From Candidatus Egerieisoma sp. (GTDB lineage: Bacteria; Bacteroidota; Bacteroidia; Bacteroidales; UBA932): a stretch of DNA of 64,000 bases. The notes under the pieces were generated by a model that ran no database searches, was not told the origin of the DNA, and saw nothing but the letters and a program-made list of their open reading frames with translations. Position 1 is the stretch's first letter. Every line of letters starts with the position of its first letter. The stretch covers positions 5,114 to 69,113 of the forward strand of contig JAZRIV010000007.1 in assembly GCA_045645465.1 (NCBI GenBank), written 5' to 3'. The translations under genes were made by a program, and so were the position numbers. Below, piece after piece: positions 20,718-30,739 of this stretch.

Positions 20718-21365
20718 TTTGTCTCCAAATGCCAGATCTCCGGCATCGCCAATACCCGGCACTATATACGACTTATTTGTAAGCTCCTCATCTACAGCAG
20801 CTACCCATAGAGTAACCTTCTTATGAGGGAGGTGCTTTGAAAGATATCCCAAGCCAAATTCACTTGCAATAGGACATACCAAATGTGTGTGGGCCGGTTC
20901 ACCCAGCTCACACAATTTATTGTATGCAAGTACCAAAGACGAGCCTGTGGCCAGCATTGTATCTGCAAGAACCAATACCTTATCTTCTATCTTTGGAGAG
21001 CTCACATATTCCAAATGGATGGAAAACTTATTGTCCTTGCCATACTTTCTGTAAGCGGCAATAAATGAATTCTGGGCATTATCAAAATAATTGAGGAGTC
21101 CGTTATGCAAAGGGAGCCCGGCCCTCAATATAGAAGAGATTACAAGTTCATCCTTCGGCAGGCTGCAATTTGCAATTCCAAGAGGAGTAGTAACCTCTAC
21201 AGTAGAATAATTTAAAGTTTTGCTTATCTCGTAGGCAAAAATTTCGCCAATACGCTCAAGGTTACACCTGAACCTCATACTGTCTTTCTGAATATCCTTA
21301 TCTCTGAGCTGCGCAACAAACTTGTTCAAAATAGAATTACTCTCGCCCAAATTGACTACTTTCAT
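20712..21365 (-). CDS. upp: Uracil phosphoribosyltransferase
   Basis: Starts MKVVNLGE, has the PRPP-binding loop VLVLADTMLATGSS and ends YIVPGIGDAGDLAFG. ATG 21365 is preferred over the longer ORF start. Confidence 0.9.
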   Translation of the reverse strand: MKVVNLGESNSILNKFVAQLRDKDIQKDSMRFRCNLERIGEIFAYEISKTLNYSTVEVTTPLGIANCSLPKDELVISSILRAGLPLHNGLLNYFDNAQNSFIAAYRKYGKDNKFSIHLEYVSSPKIEDKVLVLADTMLATGSSLVLAYNKLCELGEPAHTHLVCPIASEFGLGYLSKHLPHKKVTLWVAAVDEELTNKSYIVPGIGDAGDLAFGDKL

Positions 21366-21403
21366 ATCTCTAAATTTTAAGTGCATTACAAATATAGGAA
21401 AAT

Positions 21404-22093
21404 TTACAACACCCCTTCATCTGCAAAACTGAAATAGCTGTTTCCTCCAACAATAATATGGTCGAGAAGCTGTATATCACACAATCTTGCCGCCTCCTTC
21501 AGTTTTTTTGTAACCGCCATATCTGCTTTCCCTGGTCTTAAGCTTCCCGACGGATGATTATGTGCCAGAATTATATGGCTGCTGTTCCTCTCCAGAGCAT
21601 TCTTGATTATAATGCGGACATCCACCACAGTGGTATCTATACCTCCAGAAGAAATCCTCTCTTTCCATATCAGCTGGTCTGCAGAATTCAGATACAGCAC
21701 CCAACACTCCTCTGTAGGCAAATCTCTGAGAATTGGGACAAGAGTAGTGGCAGCCGCTTCAGAAGAATGAATCCTGGCCATAACAGGAGTCTGGGCCATA
21801 TCACATCTGGCCGCCAGTTCAAAAGCTGCCATTACCGAAATAGCCTTCCCTATCCCAATGCCTTTGAACTTTTTAAAATCATTGAAGGTAAATTTACGCA
21901 GCAACAACAAATTATTACCTGCACCTGCCAAAATCTTTCTGGCCAACTCTACTGCATTCTCCTGACGGTTCCCTGAATTGATAAGTATAGCCAACAGTTC
22001 AGCATCAGAAAGGCTACGCGCCCCTCTCTCCAAAAACTTCTCTCTGGGCCTCTCACTTGCAGCCCAATCCTGAATTGTCAATTTCTCTCGCAT
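21404..22093 (-). CDS. radC: RadC-family JAB/MPN domain protein
   Basis: N-terminal HhH region (RPREKFLERGARSLSDAELLAILI) and a C-terminal JAMM motif (IILAHNHPSGSLRPGKAD). Confidence 0.85.
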   Translation of the reverse strand: MREKLTIQDWAASERPREKFLERGARSLSDAELLAILINSGNRQENAVELARKILAGAGNNLLLLRKFTFNDFKKFKGIGIGKAISVMAAFELAARCDMAQTPVMARIHSSEAAATTLVPILRDLPTEECWVLYLNSADQLIWKERISSGGIDTTVVDVRIIIKNALERNSSHIILAHNHPSGSLRPGKADMAVTKKLKEAARLCDIQLLDHIIVGGNSYFSFADEGVL

Positions 22094-22107
22094 ATATACA
22101 TAAAAAT

Positions 22108-22134
22108 AAAACTTCCCAAAGGTTGGGAAGTTTT
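22108..22134 (-). terminator. Rho-independent terminator of rpsT
   Basis: AAAACTTCCCAA and TTGGGAAGTTTT form a 12-bp stem. A T-rich tract follows on the minus strand. Confidence 0.7.
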
Positions 22135-22161
22135 ATTTTTATCTTGCGACAAAAAGTAAAT

Positions 22162-22416
22162 TTACGCCAATTTGTTAACATATACAGCCAAGCCACTCTT
22201 AAGGTTTGCAGCTTTATTGCTGTGAATAATGTTTCTCTTAGCCAATTTATCCAACATTGCTGCAACTTTAGGCATTAGTGCCAAGGCTGCCTCTTTGTCT
22301 GTTGTATTACGCAATGCTTTAATTGCACTACGTGTTGCTTTTGCATAATAACGATTATGCAATCTACGCTTCGCATTCTGGCGATTGCGTTTTTCTGCTG
22401 ATGCGTGATTTGCCAT
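22162..22416 (-). CDS. rpsT: 30S ribosomal protein S20
   Basis: 84 aa starting [36 protein letters not shown]. Confidence 0.95.
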   Translation of the reverse strand: MANHASAEKRNRQNAKRRLHNRYYAKATRSAIKALRNTTDKEAALALMPKVAAMLDKLAKRNIIHSNKAANLKSGLAVYVNKLA

Positions 22417-22442
22417 AGTTTATTTTTTTTTAATATTTTTTG

Positions 22443-22514
22443 TAGTCGGTAGGGGAATCGAACCCCTATTGCAAGAATGAAAATCTTGAGTCCTAACCGT
22501 TAGACGAACCGACC
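22443..22514 (-). tRNA. tRNA-Glu (anticodon UUC)
   Basis: The minus strand reads GGTCGGTTCGTCTAACGGTTAGGACTCAAGATTTTCATTCTTGCAATAGGGGTTCGATTCCCCTACCGACTA. It folds as a cloverleaf with anticodon stem CAAGA/TCTTG, loop TTTTCAT and T-arm AGGGG-TTCGATT-CCCCT. Confidence 0.85.
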
Positions 22515-22531
22515 TTTCCACTTTGGGACTG

Positions 22532-22562
22532 CAAAGGTATGAAATTTTTTTATACCTGCAAA
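22532..22562 (-). promoter_or_regulatory. Promoter of tRNA-Glu (-33 TTTG and -7 TACCTTTG)
   Basis: On the minus strand TTTG (22562-22559) and TACCTTTG (22539-22532) are spaced 19 nt apart. The -7 box ends 17 nt before the tRNA 5' end. Confidence 0.65.
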
Positions 22563-22563
22563 T

Positions 22564-23568
22564 TTATTTTCCAAAATCTTCTTTCCAGTCAAAAGAATAC
22601 AAAATGGATTCAACCTGTCTTATATAATCTCTCTTGTCGTATCTTGGAGCATAAACAAATCCCTCAACCACTATAATATCCTTTGGATTGTTCTTGTCAT
22701 AGAATGCGTGGATAACAAATGGTCCTCCCATAAAGTCATTTTTAACCTCCCACAAACCTCTCATTTCTACGAAATTACGATTCTTGTACTTCATAACCTG
22801 CAAACCTGGAACCACCTCACTGCTTATAGTCATATAGCTGTTGTCAACCATTCCTGGCACATTCTCCTGCATAATATCATTTGTTGCCGCCATCAGATTT
22901 TCCAACTGTACAGAAGTTGAATCCTTATAAGGAATTCTGTAAACAAAAACTCCAAGATTTGTATAAGTGGTCTCGTATGAGATCCAAACAAAATTATCTG
23001 TCTGCTTCTTTAGAGAGTATCCTTTAGGGAAATAAGGTGATCCGCCAAACTTGTCTGCCACAAAGTTCCTCAGTGCCACATCCTCATATCTTTTTGAGTT
23101 TCTCATAATTCTGTTCCTCTCAGCCTGTCCTATGATATTGAACAGCTGGTTCGCATTCTGGGCAATAACCTCGGCCGCCTCCTCTTTGGTTGGTGCTGTT
23201 ATCATAATTACAGTCTGGGGAGCTGCCCAAACATCCTCTACAGCTTTAAACTCTGCCTTAAGTTGTGGGTCAACCTTTAGGATAACTATATTTCTGTGAT
23301 ATTCAAAAAGAGATGTAAAACTCTTGTGCGGAATATTTATAAGTGTGTATGACGGCTCCGACTGAGGAAGATACGGATACGGAACAGCCAATACAGACCG
23401 CAACTCAGAACCGGGCTCGCTCTCCCACTCTGCTTTATTGGCAACAATTATCACCTCACCGGCCTTACCCCCCACATTCTGTTTTACAAGTTCCGAAGTA
23501 TCATCGCAAGCTACGGCCATTACAGCAACCAAAGCCAATACAAAAAGTTTTACCAGTCTCATAATCAT
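22564..23568 (-). CDS. Conserved hypothetical lipoprotein (possibly DUF4837 family)
   Basis: Lipobox MAVACDD with no catalytic motifs recognised. The family name is recalled from synteny with rseP in Bacteroidetes and is not verified. Confidence 0.5.
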   Translation of the reverse strand: MIMRLVKLFVLALVAVMAVACDDTSELVKQNVGGKAGEVIIVANKAEWESEPGSELRSVLAVPYPYLPQSEPSYTLINIPHKSFTSLFEYHRNIVILKVDPQLKAEFKAVEDVWAAPQTVIMITAPTKEEAAEVIAQNANQLFNIIGQAERNRIMRNSKRYEDVALRNFVADKFGGSPYFPKGYSLKKQTDNFVWISYETTYTNLGVFVYRIPYKDSTSVQLENLMAATNDIMQENVPGMVDNSYMTISSEVVPGLQVMKYKNRNFVEMRGLWEVKNDFMGGPFVIHAFYDKNNPKDIIVVEGFVYAPRYDKRDYIRQVESILYSFDWKEDFGK

Positions 23569-23575
23569 ATTCTAT

Positions 23576-24901
23576 TTAATTGAACAGTCTGAAAATGTCA
23601 TTTCCAAATGCAAGTACCATAAGTCCCATAAGAATCACCATTCCTACAGTCTGGGCATACTCAAGGAACTTGTCACTTGGTTTCCTCCCGGTTATCATCT
23701 CATAAAGGGTAAATACAAGATGGCCTCCGTCAAGTGCCGGAATAGGCAGTATGTTAAGTACAGCCAACATTACAGAGAGGAATGCTGTAATATTCCAAAA
23801 ACTGTGCCAGTCCCAAGCATCAGGAAATATCTTTCCTATTGTAATAAAGCTGCCTACAGATTTGTAAGCCTCTGTCTTAGGAGAGAATATAAGTTTCAAC
23901 TCTTTAAAGTAATTGCCCACTGTTGTAACAGCCTTATCTATACCTGCAGGAATTGCAGAGAAGAAAGAGTACTCCTTTTGGGTAATTGTATAGAAAGAAG
24001 AAAGATCTGCATTTGCAATCACTTGTATTCTGCCCAAAGTGTCTGTAGCAAGAGGTACAAGTGCAATCCCATCACCTCTGGCAATTGTTGCCACCACAGA
24101 ATCACCTTTATGTTTTGCCAGCACCTTCTGGGTCTGGTAGAACATCTCACACTCTTCTCCGTTAATGGCCATAATCCTGTCTTTGGCAACAAGACCGCTT
24201 GCAGCATTGATTGATGTGTCAGGAATTTCAAATACTTCAAACGGAATTCCATAGCTGAACATCCCGGGTGTGTTAAGAATGGTTGGAATATACACCGGAT
24301 CAATCGTTACAGTTACAGTGTCCCCGCCTCTAAGCACCTTGGCCTCTTTAGCCTGCGTACGTACAAGCTCTACCTGAAGGTCAGTAAATTTTACAGGTAC
24401 AACATCATCAAAAGAGAGGATAATGTCACCATTCCTGAAACCAATCTCCTGAGCCAGCTCACTTGCATAAATTCCGGTTGTAACATCTGTATTCTTGATA
24501 TACTGCTCACCCCAGGCATACATAATACCACAGTAGATTACAATAGCAAGGATAAAATTGAAGAGGACTCCTCCAAAAATGACAAAGAATCTCTGCCAGG
24601 CCGGTTTGCTGCGATACTCCCAAGGCTGCGGCTCCTTTGCCATTGCCTCCTTGTCCATAGATTCATCTATCATTCCCGATATCTTGCAGTAACCGCCAAG
24701 AGGAAGCCATCCCAAACCGTACTCTGTATCTGAATTCTTTGGCTTGTATTTGAACAGGCTGAACCAAGGGTCAAAGAAAAGATAGAACTTCTCAACTCTA
24801 ATCTTGAACAATCTTGCAAAAATAAAATGTCCGAACTCGTGTATAAGGACAAGTATACTGAGTGCAAGCACTACTTGTAGAATCTTTATCAAAACTACCA
24901 T
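23576..24901 (-). CDS. rseP: RIP (site-2) zinc metalloprotease RseP
   Basis: HEFGHF zinc motif in the first TM region, central PDZ-like segments and a C-terminal NILPIPALDGG motif. It sits next to dxr. Confidence 0.9.
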   Translation of the reverse strand: MVVLIKILQVVLALSILVLIHEFGHFIFARLFKIRVEKFYLFFDPWFSLFKYKPKNSDTEYGLGWLPLGGYCKISGMIDESMDKEAMAKEPQPWEYRSKPAWQRFFVIFGGVLFNFILAIVIYCGIMYAWGEQYIKNTDVTTGIYASELAQEIGFRNGDIILSFDDVVPVKFTDLQVELVRTQAKEAKVLRGGDTVTVTIDPVYIPTILNTPGMFSYGIPFEVFEIPDTSINAASGLVAKDRIMAINGEECEMFYQTQKVLAKHKGDSVVATIARGDGIALVPLATDTLGRIQVIANADLSSFYTITQKEYSFFSAIPAGIDKAVTTVGNYFKELKLIFSPKTEAYKSVGSFITIGKIFPDAWDWHSFWNITAFLSVMLAVLNILPIPALDGGHLVFTLYEMITGRKPSDKFLEYAQTVGMVILMGLMVLAFGNDIFRLFN

Positions 24902-24910
24902 AAATCTCTC

Positions 24911-26059
24911 TTAAATTAAACTGTTGGCTATCTCTTTTGCCTGATTATGTGACTCATATATATCATCTATATCCGGCAGGGGCACAAAGGTAGCCTTTTC
25001 CATTGTTTTTTCAATAATTTCCGGAATTCTGTGGAACAGTATTTTATCTTTCAGGAATGCATCTACTGCAATCTCATTTGCACCATTCATTATACAAGCC
25101 ATATTGCCACCTATGCGGTGAGCAGAATATGCAAGATCAATTGCTGGGAATCTGGTACTGTCGGGAGCATAAAAATCCAAATGTGCAAGCTCTGCAAAAC
25201 TCAACCTCTGAGTATCCAAAGAGACCCTTTCCGGGTATGAAAGGGCATACTGTATTGGAACCCTCATATCAGGAGCACCCAGCTGCGCCTTAAGGCATCC
25301 GTCTGTAAACTGCACCATTGAGTGGACAATAGACTGCGGGTGCACCACAATCTCTATATCGTCGGGACTCACATTAAACAGCCAGGAGGCCTCAATCATC
25401 TCAAGCCCCTTGTTCATCATACTTGCAGAATCTATAGTAACCTTGGCTCCCATATCCCAGTTGGGATGTTTGAGAGCCTGCTCTCTGGTTGCCTTTGCAA
25501 TATCCTCTTTGCTCCAATTGCGGAATGGTCCTCCCGATGCCGTAAGAATTAGTTTCTCTATAGTGGTATGTTCCCCCTGAAGGCACTGGAAAATTGCCGA
25601 ATGCTCAGAGTCTACCGGAAGGATAGGGCTGTTGTAATCCCTTGCCAGCCTTGTAACAATGCTGCCGGCAGCCACAAGTGTCTCCTTGTTGGCAAGCGCA
25701 ATAACCTTGCCTGCCTTAATTGCATTTATTGTTGGCTCAAGACCGCTGAATCCCACCATTGAGGCAAGCACTATATCTACATTGCTGCTCTGGACAAGGG
25801 AATTTACAGACTCCATTCCTGCAAAAACCTTAATATCCTCTTTTGCAAGTGCCTCATTTACCTTGTTGTACAGTTCTTTATTGCATATTACTACATTATT
25901 GGGCTTAAACTTCAATGCCTGCTCAATCAGCAGATCCGCATTGTTGTTTGCAGTAAGGAGATCTACCTCAAACATATCTTTATGCTGGGAAATCACATCC
26001 AATGCCTGTGTTCCTATAGAACCGGTGGCACCCAATATGGCTATCTGTCTCTTATTCAT
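24911..26059 (-). CDS. dxr: 1-deoxy-D-xylulose-5-phosphate reductoisomerase
   Basis: N-terminal NADPH fold IAILGATGSIGTQALDV, plus the DSEHSAIFQCL and NKGLE motifs. Confidence 0.95.
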   Translation of the reverse strand: MNKRQIAILGATGSIGTQALDVISQHKDMFEVDLLTANNNADLLIEQALKFKPNNVVICNKELYNKVNEALAKEDIKVFAGMESVNSLVQSSNVDIVLASMVGFSGLEPTINAIKAGKVIALANKETLVAAGSIVTRLARDYNSPILPVDSEHSAIFQCLQGEHTTIEKLILTASGGPFRNWSKEDIAKATREQALKHPNWDMGAKVTIDSASMMNKGLEMIEASWLFNVSPDDIEIVVHPQSIVHSMVQFTDGCLKAQLGAPDMRVPIQYALSYPERVSLDTQRLSFAELAHLDFYAPDSTRFPAIDLAYSAHRIGGNMACIMNGANEIAVDAFLKDKILFHRIPEIIEKTMEKATFVPLPDIDDIYESHNQAKEIANSLI

Positions 26060-26070
26060 TCAAAAATCTG

Positions 26071-26901
26071 TTAGAATTTGATGTATTGTAATGGGTTTAC
26101 AGGCTCACCTTTATGCCATAACTCAAAGTGCAGGTGAGGAGCACTGCTTAAAGTTCCTGTATTTCCCACAAGTGCTATTGGTGTCCCTGCCGCAACTTTG
26201 TCTCCAAGTTTGGCAAGCAGTTTGGAATTGTGCTTGTATGCGGATACAAGATTATTGTCGTGCTGCAGTTGTATTGTATATCCTGTTTCGTCACTCCACC
26301 CCGCATATATGACAGTTCCGTTCAAGGTTGCAGAAACAACACTGTTCTCCGGTGCAGCAATATCCACATAAGGGTGTCCTATTGCCATATTGTATTCCTC
26401 AGTCACTACACCTTTAAGCGGAGGAAAGAAATGAAGTCCCTCTATCTGCTCTATCTTCTGCTCCCTGTCAGTAAGATTGAACTGCTCTTCCGCCAATACT
26501 GTCGCCCTGAGCAAAGAATCATATCTTGAGAAGTCCCCCTCTTGAACAGCCAGAGAATCTGCCCGTTGCTGCAAATTCAGCAAACTGTCTATTGCAAGCG
26601 GTCTCTGTCCTGTTGTAATTCTCTGAATATTTGCCAGCTGTAATCTCCATACATTTATCTCATTCTGCAGAGAGTCTATCTTTATGGCATTTTGTATAAG
26701 ATCCTTTCTGGTCTGAGGTGACGGATATCCGGGGATAAGTTCCCTCAATGATGTGAACGAGATGAGAACCGTAACAGAGACTACCAGAAATACAACAAGC
26801 ACCACTATTGCCACAATAGAGTACACCCCACTGGCCCTAAAGGAAAACACCTCCTCGTGCGTAGTGTCATTAAAGATGGAGAATCTATATTTTTTAGCCA
26901 T
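26071..26901 (-). CDS. M23 family metallopeptidase with N-terminal membrane anchor
   Basis: One TM helix and a coiled region. The LytM motifs are HPYVDIAAP and GNTGTLSSAPHLHFELW. Confidence 0.85.
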   Translation of the reverse strand: MAKKYRFSIFNDTTHEEVFSFRASGVYSIVAIVVLVVFLVVSVTVLISFTSLRELIPGYPSPQTRKDLIQNAIKIDSLQNEINVWRLQLANIQRITTGQRPLAIDSLLNLQQRADSLAVQEGDFSRYDSLLRATVLAEEQFNLTDREQKIEQIEGLHFFPPLKGVVTEEYNMAIGHPYVDIAAPENSVVSATLNGTVIYAGWSDETGYTIQLQHDNNLVSAYKHNSKLLAKLGDKVAAGTPIALVGNTGTLSSAPHLHFELWHKGEPVNPLQYIKF

Positions 26902-26919
26902 ATTTCTCTATAAAAAAAT

Positions 26920-26927
26920 TAACTTTG
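26920..26927 (+). promoter_or_regulatory. -7 promoter box (TAACTTTG) 4 nt before the ruvX ATG
   Basis: Exact TAnnTTTG match; the ATG is at 26932. Confidence 0.5.
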
Positions 26928-26931
26928 CAGT

Positions 26932-27348
26932 ATGGACAGGATTGTTGGAATAGACTATGGCAGAAAAAGGGTGGGTGTTGCTGTAAGCGACCCGCTTGGC
27001 ATTTTTGCCTCTGCGCTGGAGACCGTTCCGGCTGCAAAGATAATTGATTATCTCAAAAATTATACCCAAAACAATAAAGTGGTACGTTTTGTGGTAGGCT
27101 ATCCAATGAATCTGAATGGCAAGCCGGCCGAGTGTGCGCAATATGTTGATGTGTTCCTCAAACAGCTGAAAAAACAATTTCCCCAAATACCTGTTGTTCT
27201 GGAAGATGAAAGGTTTACATCACAGCTTGCAATGAAAGCTATGATTGCCGGTGGCATGAAGAAATCAGACAGGAGGGAGAAAGAGAATGTAGACAAAATA
27301 AGTGCAGCCATAATACTGCAGTCCTATATGGACAATCCACACGAATAA
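26932..27348 (+). CDS. ruvX: Holliday junction resolvase-like protein RuvX (YqgF)
   Basis: Starts MDRIVGIDYGRKRVGVAVSD, has ...DERFTS... and is 138 aa long. Confidence 0.9.
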   Translation: MDRIVGIDYGRKRVGVAVSDPLGIFASALETVPAAKIIDYLKNYTQNNKVVRFVVGYPMNLNGKPAECAQYVDVFLKQLKKQFPQIPVVLEDERFTSQLAMKAMIAGGMKKSDRREKENVDKISAAIILQSYMDNPHE

Positions 27349-27403
27349 CACCCCCCACACACTGTACAACCTACAGAAGGGGCACTAAAATTATAAGACA
27401 ATA

Positions 27404-27973
27404 ATGGTATTACCTATTTACGTATATGGGGCAGATGTCCTTAGAGAGAACGCAAAAGAGATAGATTTTGCAAACTATGAAGGTTTGCAGGAGCTTATAG
27501 CCAATATGCAGGAGACTATGGAAAAGGCAGATGGTGTTGGTATTGCAGCACCTCAGGTTGGTCTTGCCATAAGACTTCTGATTGTAGATGGAGCACCTTT
27601 TGGCGAAGATGATCCGGAACTTGCAGCATTCAGAAGAGTTATGATAAACCCTGTACTCCTGGAAGAGAGTGAGGAAACTGCAGATTACAACGAGGGGTGC
27701 CTGAGTGTTCCCGACATTCACGCAGACATAACCCGCCCTGCAAAAATTAAAGTAAAATACCTTAACGGAAACGGAGAGGAGGTTACAGAGGAGCTTGACG
27801 GATTCAAATGCCGTATGGTACAGCACGAGATGGACCACCTTAACGGAAAAATGTTTGTAGACCGTGCAACCCCTATCCGCAAAAAAATGATTGCCGCAAA
27901 ACTGGGCAAAATTGCCGCCGGTAATGTACGCACACACTACAAAGTGGCAAGACCAGTTGCAAAAAAGAAATAA
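27404..27973 (+). CDS. def: Peptide deformylase
   Basis: The three PDF motifs are present: GIAAPQVG, EGCLSVP and QHEMDHLNG. Confidence 0.95.
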   Translation: MVLPIYVYGADVLRENAKEIDFANYEGLQELIANMQETMEKADGVGIAAPQVGLAIRLLIVDGAPFGEDDPELAAFRRVMINPVLLEESEETADYNEGCLSVPDIHADITRPAKIKVKYLNGNGEEVTEELDGFKCRMVQHEMDHLNGKMFVDRATPIRKKMIAAKLGKIAAGNVRTHYKVARPVAKKK

Positions 27974-28030
27974 CAGGAGCTTGTAACACACAAGAAATAG
28001 CAGACGCTTGTCCCATAAAGGATATATATT

Positions 28031-29383
28031 ATGACAAAACAGGGGGAAAGATATCTGTCACTGGATTTTCTCAGGGGACTCACAATCTTTGGGATGGTTC
28101 TGAGTGCCATACAGCCACACGGCGTAATGCCAGGATGGATGTACCACGTACAGAACCCGCCTCCTACCCACGCCCTTGATATGGGTGTACCCGGTATAGG
28201 TTGGGTAGACCTTGTCTTCCCTATCTTCATTTTTTGTATGGGAGCAGCCATACCCTTTGCAAAACCCACAATAAAAGGGATCTTTGGCAGATTTGTGATG
28301 CTGTGGCTCTTCTCCTACCTGTATGTATTCATAAACTCCAGCAACAATTGGGTAACATTGGCGGGATTCCTCTCTCTGTTCCCGTTGTATATGGTATTCA
28401 AGACACCGCCAAAACTCTTTGGCAAAGAGATACCCGTTACAGCAATACGCATTACAGGAGCCCTTTTAGTATTGGGAGTCATAGCTGTAAACCACTTCTG
28501 CTTTGAGGAGGTGATATCTGTACAAAGAAGAGGCATAATAATCTTCCTACTGGCATTCCTGTACCTTTTTGGCTCCCTAATATGGTATTATACAAGAGAA
28601 AACCTTACCAGAAGAGCAGCCATCTTTGGCCTCATTCTGGCATTTACCCTTGTCACACAATATAAAGAGTGGCCAACAATCACATACGCAAACCCCAACA
28701 TCAGATGGTGGTTCAATGTAGAATACTTCTACTTCCTGCTGCTCCTTATCCCAGCCACCTACATTGGAGATCTGCTTCAGAAAAGGATTAAAGGTGGGGT
28801 GCAGATTTTTACTCCCGACAATAAAAAGTGGGCAGTTGCTCTGGCAACCCTCTCTTTGGGACTTGTTGTATGGATGACATTTGCATTCTATATGCAACTG
28901 TACTGGTGGAATCTGGCACTGTCGGGAATAATGCTGTGGGGAATATGGAAAATTGCCGCAAAACACTTCCCTGCATACATACCTATTGTGCAAATGGCTG
29001 CATACCTTATAATTGCAGGGGAAATCATTGAGCCTTACGGTGGGGGAATAAAGAAAGTCCCTTGCACCATACAATACTGTCTGGCAACCTGCGGAATGGC
29101 TATGCTTCTGCTGATGGCCTCAGATTGGATATGTCACAAAATTCCAGGTTCATTCTTTGTAAAAGTGTTCCACAGAGCCGGCAAAAACCCTCTTATGTGC
29201 TACATTGCTTTCAGCGGATTTGTACTCCCATTGATGCAGGTATCGGGAGCAATATACCTCTACAAGTTGGCATACCCGGAGGGAATGCACATATTGGGCT
29301 TCATCAGATCAGTGGCAGCCGTACTCTTTACAATGTGGATTGTGGGGTTGTTCACCCAAAAGAAAATTTTCTGGAAAGCCTGA
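28031..29383 (+). CDS. DUF5009 / heparan-alpha-glucosaminide N-acetyltransferase-like polytopic membrane protein
   Basis: Starts MTKQGERYLSLDFLRGLTIFGMVL and has about 11 predicted TM helices. Confidence 0.65.
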   Translation: MTKQGERYLSLDFLRGLTIFGMVLSAIQPHGVMPGWMYHVQNPPPTHALDMGVPGIGWVDLVFPIFIFCMGAAIPFAKPTIKGIFGRFVMLWLFSYLYVFINSSNNWVTLAGFLSLFPLYMVFKTPPKLFGKEIPVTAIRITGALLVLGVIAVNHFCFEEVISVQRRGIIIFLLAFLYLFGSLIWYYTRENLTRRAAIFGLILAFTLVTQYKEWPTITYANPNIRWWFNVEYFYFLLLLIPATYIGDLLQKRIKGGVQIFTPDNKKWAVALATLSLGLVVWMTFAFYMQLYWWNLALSGIMLWGIWKIAAKHFPAYIPIVQMAAYLIIAGEIIEPYGGGIKKVPCTIQYCLATCGMAMLLLMASDWICHKIPGSFFVKVFHRAGKNPLMCYIAFSGFVLPLMQVSGAIYLYKLAYPEGMHILGFIRSVAAVLFTMWIVGLFTQKKIFWKA

Positions 29384-29398
29384 ATCTTCCCGACAAGA

Positions 29399-29935
29399 TC
29401 AATTATCCAACAAACCTGACGGAATCGTCATTGAAATAACCCTTTTCTTGGCATCAAGTTTAAGGATAAGGTCCTCATTGAACGGCACAAGATGCTCCCC
29501 GTCAATCTCTATACAAGGGTTATTAGGATAATTGTAATAATCAGAAATCTCTCCCACAACCTTGTTGCTCTGGTCTTTAACCTTAAAGCCAATAAGGAAT
29601 GCAGCCATAGCGTCATCCTCATCCATCTCTATAGAATCAGGATCTATTGCTGTGGCATCTACAAAAATCTCCTTCTTTACAAGCTCCTCAGAGTGGGAAA
29701 AATCATTGATGGTCTCAAACTTCACAAGAGCACCGTTTGTACCCTTGGTCTTGAACGATGAAATAAAGAAAGGAACCGGAAGTCCATCAAAATAGATGAA
29801 TACCGGTTCCTTTTTAAAGTCGTAATCCTCCAATATGCCTGAGGTCATTCTAATCATAACCTCACCATTCACATCATAGGATTTTACAATTTGCGCAACT
29901 GGCAACAAATCCATATCTGCTACACTGCGCAACAT
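29399..29935 (-). CDS. rimM: 16S rRNA processing protein RimM
   Basis: PRC-barrel protein lying directly downstream of rpsP (conserved synteny). Family resemblance is seen in VAQIVKSYDVNGEVMIRM. The start could be Met1 or Met8. Confidence 0.85.
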   Translation of the reverse strand: MLRSVADMDLLPVAQIVKSYDVNGEVMIRMTSGILEDYDFKKEPVFIYFDGLPVPFFISSFKTKGTNGALVKFETINDFSHSEELVKKEIFVDATAIDPDSIEMDEDDAMAAFLIGFKVKDQSNKVVGEISDYYNYPNNPCIEIDGEHLVPFNEDLILKLDAKKRVISMTIPSGLLDN

Positions 29936-29941
29936 TGCAAA

Positions 29942-30487
29942 TTACGCCTCTGGGTTCTCAACTGTCTCCTCAGTTGCAGCTGCTTCAGCAGCAGCCTCAG
30001 CCTCTGCAGCAGCTTTTGCAGCCTCTGCCTCAGCTTTTTTCTTGGCAAGCTCTGCAGCTCTATCTGCATTAACTTTAGCCTCAGCCTCAAGAGCAGATTT
30101 CTTAGCAGCAACTTTACCCTGTGCAAGAGCAGTTTTCTTCTGGCTAACTTTAGCCTCTTTCTCTGCAACCCAAGCGTTATATTTAGCTTCAGCCTGCTCT
30201 AGAGTAAGAGCGCCTTTCTTAACACCCTCAAGAAGGTGTTTCTTAAGAAGCACACCTTTGTAAGAAAGGATTCTTCTACAAGTCTCGGTTGGCTGAGCAC
30301 CGTTGTTCAACCAGTTAAGTGCTTTCTCATTGTCAAGAACAATGGTAGCAGGGTTAGTGTTAGGGTTGTAAGATCCAATTAGATCAATAAAGCGACCATC
30401 ACGTGGTGCTCTGCTGTCGGCAGCAACAATGTGGAAGAAAGCGTAGTTCTTTTTACCGTGGCGTGCCAATCTGATTTTTACAGACAT
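29942..30487 (-). CDS. rpsP: 30S ribosomal protein S16 with A/K/E-rich C-terminal extension
   Basis: Starts [42 protein letters not shown], followed by an ~80-aa Ala/Lys/Glu tail. Confidence 0.95.
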   Translation of the reverse strand: MSVKIRLARHGKKNYAFFHIVAADSRAPRDGRFIDLIGSYNPNTNPATIVLDNEKALNWLNNGAQPTETCRRILSYKGVLLKKHLLEGVKKGALTLEQAEAKYNAWVAEKEAKVSQKKTALAQGKVAAKKSALEAEAKVNADRAAELAKKKAEAEAAKAAAEAEAAAEAAATEETVENPEA

Positions 30488-30548
30488 CTTTAATAAAGTT
30501 TAAATTAATGAATTATATAACTTCCTAATCTTCTCGAGAAAAGGCCCG

Positions 30549-30556
30549 CAAATATA
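30549..30556 (-). promoter_or_regulatory. -7 promoter box (TATATTTG on the minus strand) for rpsP-rimM
   Basis: Exact TAnnTTTG match 61 nt upstream of the rpsP ATG. Confidence 0.45.
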
Positions 30557-30739
30557 AGGCATTTTTTCACAACTGCCAAGTTTTTATGCAAATACAGGCA
30601 TCAAATTATCTCAGGAGTTCCTCATGAATCCTGGTTTGGAATGGGGGAGTGAGGCAACATCCCAATAATGGGAATTATTTGTTAACTTTGCAGAATTGGG
30701 CATCATATGCCAAAAACCTAATTAAAAAAGAGGGAAATA

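Noticed and set aside
29891-30263. Low-complexity ORFs (Leu/Ser/Cys-rich or Leu/Arg/Gln-rich) overlapping the 3' part of rpsP.
   Set aside because: They are mirror or shifted-frame readings of the GCAGC/GCCTC-rich DNA that encodes the Ala/Lys/Glu tail of S16. That tail is a known lineage feature, not a separate gene or a tandem-repeat locus.
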